DNA from: an uncultured virus (IMG/VR IMGVR_UViG_3300017754_003767)
Lineage: Duplodnaviria; Heunggongvirae; Uroviricota; Caudoviricetes
Reading direction: 5' to 3' (one strand)
Virus record (IMG/VR): IMGVR_UViG_3300017754_003767
DNA: 21,650 bases
This document shows positions 9,724 through 15,599 of the stretch, piece after piece. Numbering within the stretch: the stretch's first letter is position 1; each line of letters begins with the position of its first letter. Both the position numbers and the translations under genes were made by a program. The notes under the pieces are model-generated. The model ran no database searches and had not been told where the DNA came from. It saw only the letters and a program-made list of their open reading frames with translations.

Positions 9724-10421
9724 TCAGCGTTTTTTAAATACTGAATAGCGTTTTCTAAATTAGAAATATCATCAAAGAACAAGCCCAACCCTGTATTGCA
9801 ATGTGAACACAATAAGCCCCTTACTTTATTTGTTTCGTGATCGTGGTCAACACACAAGATACCAGGAGAGGCCCCAACGCCAGGAGCCCGAGCTGATGGC
9901 ACGCCACAAATTTTACACTTATGGTTTTGTTTATCTAACAAATTAAAATAGTCATCAAGGGTGAGACCATATTTTTTGAGATTTGCATTTCGAATTTTAT
10001 CTTTGTATACGGTTTTATTTTTTAAACTACAGCACTGTTTACACCAAGCTCCTACCTTTCCAATTTTTCTTCCATTAGGTTCAGGTGGAAAATTTTCAAA
10101 GGGCTGAATTAAATTGCAGCTGCCACATACTTTGACATTGTCCTGGGCCAGTGCATATTGAGTTTTATACCTCACTGCATTAATCTGTTCTTTTGCGCAT
10201 TTTTGACAACCCTTGCCGGCAAGGTGGTTTGTTGCCAATTGTTGAAATTCACCGTGCTTTAAACAAACGATTGTAACAGCGCTTTGCTGTCGACTAAAAG
10301 TTGTGGGCACTAAAGAATAATCGTACAGATCACCGTGAATACCCCTAGCCCTATCGATAAAATACTCGGCTCGCTGTTGCCGACTTGCACCCCTAGGGAG
10401 TTGTTGCTTATACTTGGTCAT
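9720..10421 (-). CDS. Endonuclease VII-family (HNH) homing-type endonuclease with N-terminal zinc-binding domains
   Basis: C-terminal KYGLTLDDY..LL..Q...CKICG...LCVDHDHETNKVRGLLCSHCNTGLG. N-terminal HGDLYDYS...IVCLKHGEF.Q....HL.GKGC..C domain. ATG 10421 preferred; 10469 is an alternative start. Confidence 0.85.
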   Translation of the reverse strand: MTKYKQQLPRGASRQQRAEYFIDRARGIHGDLYDYSLVPTTFSRQQSAVTIVCLKHGEFQQLATNHLAGKGCQKCAKEQINAVRYKTQYALAQDNVKVCGSCNLIQPFENFPPEPNGRKIGKVGAWCKQCCSLKNKTVYKDKIRNANLKKYGLTLDDYFNLLDKQNHKCKICGVPSARAPGVGASPGILCVDHDHETNKVRGLLCSHCNTGLGLFFDDISNLENAIQYLKNAD

Positions 10422-10447
10422 GGCCACACGTATCCTGTGGTTATTTG

Positions 10448-10477
10448 GCAGTGATGTTTGCGGCATCACTGCTTTTT
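10448..10477 (+). terminator. Hairpin plus T-tract (plus-strand terminator, or regulatory hairpin of the endonuclease gene)
   Basis: GCAGTGATG-N7-CATCACTGC, a perfect 9-bp stem followed by TTTTT. Confidence 0.55.
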
Positions 10478-10487
10478 ATTTTAACTA

Positions 10488-10652
10488 TTAACGATCTTTG
10501 GCGCGGCCCACAAGTAAACCGCCAATTTCAATAAGACGATAAACCTTGCGCAAGAACTGGTCATCACGCGGATTGGGAGTCATCGCGCAGATTGCTGAAC
10601 AAGCAGCGTGAATAGCAAGGGCGACTTCGAGATACTGATTAATGTGAGCCAT
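10488..10652 (-). CDS. Small membrane-associated protein, possible holin (54 aa, not in ORF track)
   Basis: MAHINQYLEVALAIHAACSAICAMTPNPRDDQFLRKVYRLIEIGGLLVGRAKDR. Hydrophobic helix followed by a TP.P.DD motif seen in small phage proteins. TAGAAT lies upstream. Confidence 0.6.
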   Translation of the reverse strand: MAHINQYLEVALAIHAACSAICAMTPNPRDDQFLRKVYRLIEIGGLLVGRAKDR

Positions 10653-10680
10653 GGTTACTTGATGTTTTCTCTATTCTAGT

Positions 10681-11097
10681 TTATTTGCTATACAAAAAGT
10701 ATTTGAATTCATCATTGATAATCCAATTGCCATCTTCGTGTTTTGTAAACCATTTACGCCAAACTTTAAATTGTTTATCGGAAACACATGACTCACACAC
10801 AACAGTAATAAAATCCCCCTTGGGGATTACATAAACCCATTGGCGCAATTGACGCACAGCAATTGCCTGCACTTTGGGACCTGCTTTGCCTGTTAGTGTG
10901 TTATTTAATTGTTTAGAACGTTTGTTTTTCTTTTTATTTAACCAATCATTTATTTGATGTTTTGATTTGCTGACAGCAAGTGATACAAGCCACACATATT
11001 GCTTGCCTGTTTTACACCAAGGCAACAGGCGCATTTTTAGGTAAGCGTTATCTTCAAGCTTAATTGTTAGTACTTTTTTATGGCGTTTAGTCTTCAT
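10681..11097 (-). CDS. Hypothetical basic protein
   Basis: ORF track 10681..11112. The ATG at 11097 (MKTKRHKK) overlaps the end of the upstream gene. Confidence 0.6.
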   Translation of the reverse strand: MKTKRHKKVLTIKLEDNAYLKMRLLPWCKTGKQYVWLVSLAVSKSKHQINDWLNKKKNKRSKQLNNTLTGKAGPKVQAIAVRQLRQWVYVIPKGDFITVVCESCVSDKQFKVWRKWFTKHEDGNWIINDEFKYFLYSK

Positions 11098-11200
11098 AAA
11101 TACGGCATTCACGTGCCCATGGATTGTTTTCGCAATATGTTTTGAATGCTTTGGTTGGGTTGTGTTTTTTCTTAAGCAAATGCAAGATAAATTTAAACAT
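11087..11200 (-). CDS. CP12 C-terminal-like peptide (37 aa)
   Basis: MFKFILHLLKKKHNPTKAFKTYCENNPWARECRIYED. The end matches the CP12 motif (Y/F)C..NP...ECR.Y(D/E)D. ATG lies 4 nt after the upstream stop. Confidence 0.65.
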   Translation of the reverse strand: MFKFILHLLKKKHNPTKAFKTYCENNPWARECRIYED

Positions 11201-11204
11201 GTGC

Positions 11205-11969
11205 TTAGGGGCGATCAGTAAGGGGAACAAAAAGTTCTGGTAGGTGCGCATCGGGATCTCGTTCACGTTGCCATGCTTTTGTCCATTCAGCCAATGAGTG
11301 ATCATGTTCTACATCTGTAGTGTAGCTGTCGCTAGGCTCCAGGTCAAAGTTAAAAGCATCTGTGAGCGTTTCTTGAATTAAGAAGCTGCAGTCTAGATCT
11401 TCCAACAAGATGTATGAAACAGGAGCGGAAAATTCAACAACTAAACCTAAAGTATAGTCAAGCGGTTCATTCCTGGTACTAGAAACACAGATTAAATAAC
11501 TCCCTGTTTCTAAAACAAAATAAAGGTCGTTACCTTTGTTTACCGTAAAATTGTTGAAGGTATTTGCCAGGTCTGAACCGGCACCCATTACGTGCCCTAA
11601 GTAAGGATAAAAGGTTTCTCCATCCGCAAGCGTACGAGAGACACTGTCCGCTTGAAAGATCATCCGTCCTTCAATTGGGTTTTTATTTAAATCAAACGCA
11701 GAAACTTCAATGTAATTAGGACGAGGTCCCCCTTTACGCGTAATGATCCAGGCTGGGCTTGTGATATTGATTTGAAACCAATGGTTCATGGTGCCGCCAC
11801 CAAAGCCACCGTTTGAATATTGATTTGTATCTGCGCGACCAACGACCTTATTCTCTGGTCCTAATGAACCACGTAATTCACGCAAAGAAGTTTCGCTAAA
11901 CGTCCCAAGGACTAGCGGATTTTCTTTTGTGCGTTGGCGTTGAGACGTGCTAGTTGAATAACGGGACAT
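11205..11969 (-). CDS. Hypothetical protein (254 aa, beta-rich with acidic C-terminus)
   Basis: Long ATG ORF with TAAAAT and an A-rich leader upstream. No family recognised. Confidence 0.75.
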   Translation of the reverse strand: MSRYSTSTSQRQRTKENPLVLGTFSETSLRELRGSLGPENKVVGRADTNQYSNGGFGGGTMNHWFQINITSPAWIITRKGGPRPNYIEVSAFDLNKNPIEGRMIFQADSVSRTLADGETFYPYLGHVMGAGSDLANTFNNFTVNKGNDLYFVLETGSYLICVSSTRNEPLDYTLGLVVEFSAPVSYILLEDLDCSFLIQETLTDAFNFDLEPSDSYTTDVEHDHSLAEWTKAWQRERDPDAHLPELFVPLTDRP

Positions 11970-11996
11970 TATTTATTTATTACCTATCATTCCATT

Positions 11997-12650
11997 TTAC
12001 TCTTCGGTTTCTTTTAGTAATTCAGGTTTGGTGATAGAAAATTTGTACTGGCGTTTAAGGAAAGAACTAAGTGTTCCCGCCTCTTGTTGCTGGGCATAAA
12101 ACACAAGTTTATTAGCTTTGAACTCGGGTTCAAAAGGGGCAATTACTTGTGGTGGTGTGGTGCGATTAAAGCTTGACACCATGTGCAGTGGGTTAAAGCA
12201 CTGCTTATTTCCACATGTTCGCGTGACGCTAAGAGTGCCGACATCGCCCCAGGCGCATTGGTATATGGCCTTGTGCAGGGTGACATTTTCGGCTGCTTGC
12301 TTGCTGTATGCCGCACGATAAGAGGGCATGCAGACACGCTTCAGTTCTTTTTGGTTTGATCGCTTGGGGCGCCAGCAGTCAACTGTTTTACCAGTCTCAA
12401 TTGAGTCCCAGATTGTGGCGTATTTGTGTTTGTAGCGGGCATCGAGGTAGTTGAGGTCAAAGCCACAGATGTTTGACACGATCTTGTGGACGCACTCATA
12501 GCACCAATGTTGGTCTTGTTTGCGAATAGTGTGACCATGGGCGCAGGGGTAGCCAACGTAGTAGCCGGCCCGCTCTAGGTCATCTTCCGATAGTTTGGTT
12601 AAGTCTCCTAAGTATTGAAAGGAGACAACCGCTTCAACTGTATTAGCCAT
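11997..12650 (-). CDS. Zinc-finger plus degenerate HNH-fold protein (217 aa)
   Basis: GYPCAHGH...WCYEC zinc finger. HKAIYQCAWG......TRTCGNKQCFNPLHM resembles HR..Y....G....V.HxC.N..CxNP.HL but lacks the His before the Cys. Start moved to ATG 12650, which overlaps the upstream stop. Confidence 0.7.
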   Translation of the reverse strand: MANTVEAVVSFQYLGDLTKLSEDDLERAGYYVGYPCAHGHTIRKQDQHWCYECVHKIVSNICGFDLNYLDARYKHKYATIWDSIETGKTVDCWRPKRSNQKELKRVCMPSYRAAYSKQAAENVTLHKAIYQCAWGDVGTLSVTRTCGNKQCFNPLHMVSSFNRTTPPQVIAPFEPEFKANKLVFYAQQQEAGTLSSFLKRQYKFSITKPELLKETEE

Positions 12651-13023
12651 TTTCAGGATTGGTGTTGGGGTTGAAATTTGAACGCGTGGTGCGGGGCTTG
12701 GCTGCTTTGGGCTTTTTCCTGGCAAAAAGGTAGAGAAGCTTCCGGTTGTCTTTCTGCGGATTGTCATCACCATGAATGACATCCATGTTGCCGGGATCCT
12801 TACCAGTGCGCAGGTAGTACACGATGCGATGGGCGTGAAACTGGTCACCATTCATGCGAATGACGTAGTACTGACCAGTGCTGTTCCACTTGCCAGCCAT
12901 GTCACCAGCCTGATGGCGGCCTGTTGTCTCCCTCCATTCCAGGGCACTGGGGTACTTGAGAGACAACTTGAGCTTGGCTCTGAGGTACCAGAGGGGTAGA
13001 AGAGGTTTGTATGCCCTTGGCAT
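12643..13023 (-). CDS. HNH_3-like protein, probably degenerate (126 aa)
   Basis: AGDMAG.....QYYVIRMNGDQFHAHRIVYYLRTGKDPGNMDVIHGDDNPQKDNR follows the phage HNH pattern. Start MPRAY at 13023 (alternatives 13032 and 13074). Confidence 0.7.
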   Translation of the reverse strand: MPRAYKPLLPLWYLRAKLKLSLKYPSALEWRETTGRHQAGDMAGKWNSTGQYYVIRMNGDQFHAHRIVYYLRTGKDPGNMDVIHGDDNPQKDNRKLLYLFARKKPKAAKPRTTRSNFNPNTNPENG

Positions 13024-13085
13024 GGACTCCATAATCGGATATCCAATCATACATGCCGTGATTGGGTCCGTCAAGAAGCTGGGGA

Positions 13086-13320
13086 GGTGGGTGGAAAAAC
13101 CGACTATACCCCTATTTTATCTTTTATATAACCAGGATTACATTTTGGTCCATTTTGTAATGATGCTCCGCCTAGGTGCCTTGTATAATCGGAATCTCAG
13201 CCCTGTCTCAAACTTGTCTCACTACACAGGTACAATCGGAAAACATTACATTTTTGCCCAAAATGTAATGCTGGCCATATAAGGGTTGAAACGGGGGTAT
13301 AGTCGGAAAAACCACCCACC
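13086..13320. repeat. Long imperfect inverted repeat (non-coding)
   Basis: Arms 13086-13162 and 13244-13320 pair without gaps: GGTGGGTGG/CCACCCACC, CCGACTATACCCC/GGGGTATAGTCGG, ATTACATTTTGG/CCAAAATGTAAT and TGTAATG/CATTACA. Confidence 0.9.
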
Positions 13321-13425
13321 CTTTGCCCCTCCAGCCACCCTTATCCGTACCGACTTCGCATAAGATCCCCATCCCCTGGTACAAACCAACTATTTTTCCT
13401 GTGTTCATCAGTCTCATCACCCAAT

Positions 13426-13451
13426 AAAAAGCCCCCGCCGAAGCAGGGGCT
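13426..13451 (-). terminator. Rho-independent terminator of the primase-speD-glycosyltransferase unit
   Basis: Minus strand AGCCCCTGC-TTCG-GCGGGGGCT followed by TTTT. cUUCGg tetraloop, 20 nt after the glycosyltransferase stop. Confidence 0.9.
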
Positions 13452-13471
13452 CTTGTCTCACCAATATCAAC

Positions 13472-14767
13472 TCACTTGCCAAGGCGCTTTTTCTTACGCT
13501 TGCTACGTGGCTCAGGTGCCTTCTGGGGAGCGGGCTCCCTAATGTCATGGGCAGTGCCATAGGAGCCATCCAGAACCTCCTGGAACAGCCCTGAGAACTG
13601 AGGTGCGATGTTGTCCCAGTCGTAGTAGGAGGAGGTGGCACGCTCGTAGCAGAGGCGTGCAGTCTCATCAAGCTTCTCACGGTTCTCGTATAGATCCGTC
13701 AAGATTTCAGCGAGGTGATCAGAGGAAGGGCATGGCATTTCCCGTGCGTAGTTCGTATCCACATCAACGTGGTCGCAGCGGATCAGGCGTCCAGCACCCT
13801 CAAAGATCTCCTTACATGACGTATGGTCGGGCACCACCTGAGCAACGCGGCAACCAGCGTGTTCATGGTTGACCAGGCCGTGGCCCTCACCCTTGCAAGT
13901 GTTGACACCCACGTCGGCTGAGTTGTAGATGGCATTAAGGACATCCACCTCCACATTGGGGGGCCCATCCGTTTGTGCTGTAAGGATGATGCGTCCATTG
14001 GGATCTAGCCCTTCTCGCCTCATGGCCCTGGCAAACATGGGCATCAAGTCCCAACCCTGATCTTTGAGTCCCATATGTAGATACAGTTGCGTATCCGGTT
14101 TGTCCTTAGCAAACTTGGCAAAACCCTCAACCGTAATATCGATTCGTTTACGGAACTGGTTGCGGTTACCGTTGAACACTACAAAGATGTCATCCGATAA
14201 ACCAAGCCGTTTACGAGCCTCACTCTTATCCATGGGATAGAACTGACCTTTGGTGACGCCGTGAGGAATCACAGCGACAGGCTTCTGGTAGCCAGCGGCC
14301 ACAATTTCTTTTGCGCCAAATTCCGTATAACAAATGGACGCATCCCATTCGTTCATGGTCTCAAGGATGCACCCAGTCCAGCCATAGCTGTCCATGGGGT
14401 AGTACCCAATAAACTTGAAGGCGCCAGTCTTATGGATGTCTTGGATCTGACGATACAACTCATTCAGAATCCACAGATCATTCATGATGAAGACAAGATC
14501 TGGCTTCTCTTTCTCCACAATCTCCCTGATGCGTTGCTCACCAAAGGGTGCAGTCTGGTATCGATTAGATGAGGGATAAATCAAATACTTATCACAGAGC
14601 GGATGCGGGTCACCCCACCAGTTATTACCGAGCACTACAACTTCATAATCATCGCAAAGACGCTCAAGCACATTTTCCGTGACACGAGCAAACCCGGTCT
14701 TGGCAATGATGTCACCCGACCAGAGCAGTTTAGGACGTTTTGTTTTTTTCAAGATACTCAATTGCAT
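13472..14767 (-). CDS. GT-B fold glycosyltransferase (GT4-like)
   Basis: KLLWSGD....TGFARV, IPHGV....FYP, NRNQFRKRID and YNSADVGVNTCKGEGHGLVNHEHAGC (E-x7-E). Start is ATG 14767 or TTG 14752, both inside the upstream endonuclease gene. Confidence 0.9.
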   Translation of the reverse strand: MQLSILKKTKRPKLLWSGDIIAKTGFARVTENVLERLCDDYEVVVLGNNWWGDPHPLCDKYLIYPSSNRYQTAPFGEQRIREIVEKEKPDLVFIMNDLWILNELYRQIQDIHKTGAFKFIGYYPMDSYGWTGCILETMNEWDASICYTEFGAKEIVAAGYQKPVAVIPHGVTKGQFYPMDKSEARKRLGLSDDIFVVFNGNRNQFRKRIDITVEGFAKFAKDKPDTQLYLHMGLKDQGWDLMPMFARAMRREGLDPNGRIILTAQTDGPPNVEVDVLNAIYNSADVGVNTCKGEGHGLVNHEHAGCRVAQVVPDHTSCKEIFEGAGRLIRCDHVDVDTNYAREMPCPSSDHLAEILTDLYENREKLDETARLCYERATSSYYDWDNIAPQFSGLFQEVLDGSYGTAHDIREPAPQKAPEPRSKRKKKRLGK

Positions 14768-15185
14768 TTCTAAAATAATCTACATCATCTTTGAAATAAC
14801 CAAGGCCAAGGTTGCATGTTGAACAAAGGACTCCTCTTACTTTGTTAGTTTCATGGCAATGATCTACATGCCAATCCTTTGCTCCTGGACTTTTTGTTTT
14901 GCAAATTGCGCAACAATGTCCTTGTTTGGCTAGCAGGTTATTTCTTTCTTCAAGTGTTACCCCGTAAAGGCGCATTAGATTACCGGACTTTCTTTTGTCT
15001 GCGTTGTTTTCTTTCCACTCTTTTGCTTTATTTTTAGTACATTCTTTACAGATATAAGAAAGATACCCCACCCTCCTGCTGGGACCATTTTTTTTGGACG
15101 CATAGAACTCAGCGGCTTTTTTAATAACCTTGCAACAGTTGCATTGCTTTTGCGTCAAGGGCTCGGTTCGCTTGGGCCACGCCAT
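14730..15185 (-). CDS. Endonuclease VII-family homing-type endonuclease (151 aa)
   Basis: CNCC...ICKEC zinc finger and LYGVTLEE...LL..Q...CAICK......WHVDHCHETNKVRGVLCSTCNLGLG. More AT-rich than its flanks. Confidence 0.9.
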   Translation of the reverse strand: MAWPKRTEPLTQKQCNCCKVIKKAAEFYASKKNGPSRRVGYLSYICKECTKNKAKEWKENNADKRKSGNLMRLYGVTLEERNNLLAKQGHCCAICKTKSPGAKDWHVDHCHETNKVRGVLCSTCNLGLGYFKDDVDYFRNAIEYLEKNKTS

Positions 15186-15205
15186 TTACTTAATGTCAAA
15201 AAACC

Positions 15206-15214
15206 ATTGTAACA
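15206..15214 (-). promoter_or_regulatory. Extended -10 promoter element for the endonuclease gene
   Basis: TGTTACAAT, 20 nt upstream of ATG 15185. Confidence 0.55.
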
Positions 15215-15239
15215 GTTTACTGGTTTTGTTGACTTTTAA

Positions 15240-15599
15240 CTATACAGAAGTGCAAGGAGTTGTTGATCGTACTAATTCTTTTTGTTCGGCTATTTCCGCC
15301 TTGAGTTTTGTTTTTAAAAACTCAGCTGCTCGATGCGTTTGTGTTGTATCACCACAGGTGTACAAATCGATTGCCGCATACCCAATCTCTGGCCAAGTGT
15401 GCACACTTGCATGGGACTCAGCCAACAATGCAAGCAGCGTCACGCCTTGCGGCTCAAATTTTTCACCAATGATCCGTAGGATATTGGCTTTAGCCATGAC
15501 AAGAGAAGCCTCAAGCAATCGTTGAAGCTCCTCATAATCATTCAAAACCTCTGGGTTACACCCATAGAGATCTAAGATTAAATGGCGGCCGTTGCTCAC
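15240..15599 (-). CDS. speD: S-adenosylmethionine decarboxylase proenzyme
   Basis: GRHLILDLYGC, F.PQGVT...LLAESHASVHTWPE.GYAAIDLYTCG with the ESH autocleavage site. Confidence 0.92.
   Translation of the reverse strand: MSNGRHLILDLYGCNPEVLNDYEELQRLLEASLVMAKANILRIIGEKFEPQGVTLLALLAESHASVHTWPEIGYAAIDLYTCGDTTQTHRAAEFLKTKLKAEIAEQKELVRSTTPCTSV

Noticed and set aside
12651..12851. Long N-terminal extension of ORF 11997..12851
   Set aside because: Overlaps the HNH-like gene in another frame; ATG 12650 gives a normal short overlap.
12956..13420. ORFs 12956..13282 (+) and 13208..13420 (-) across the palindrome
   Set aside because: No recognisable protein features; the sequence is better explained by the inverted repeat.
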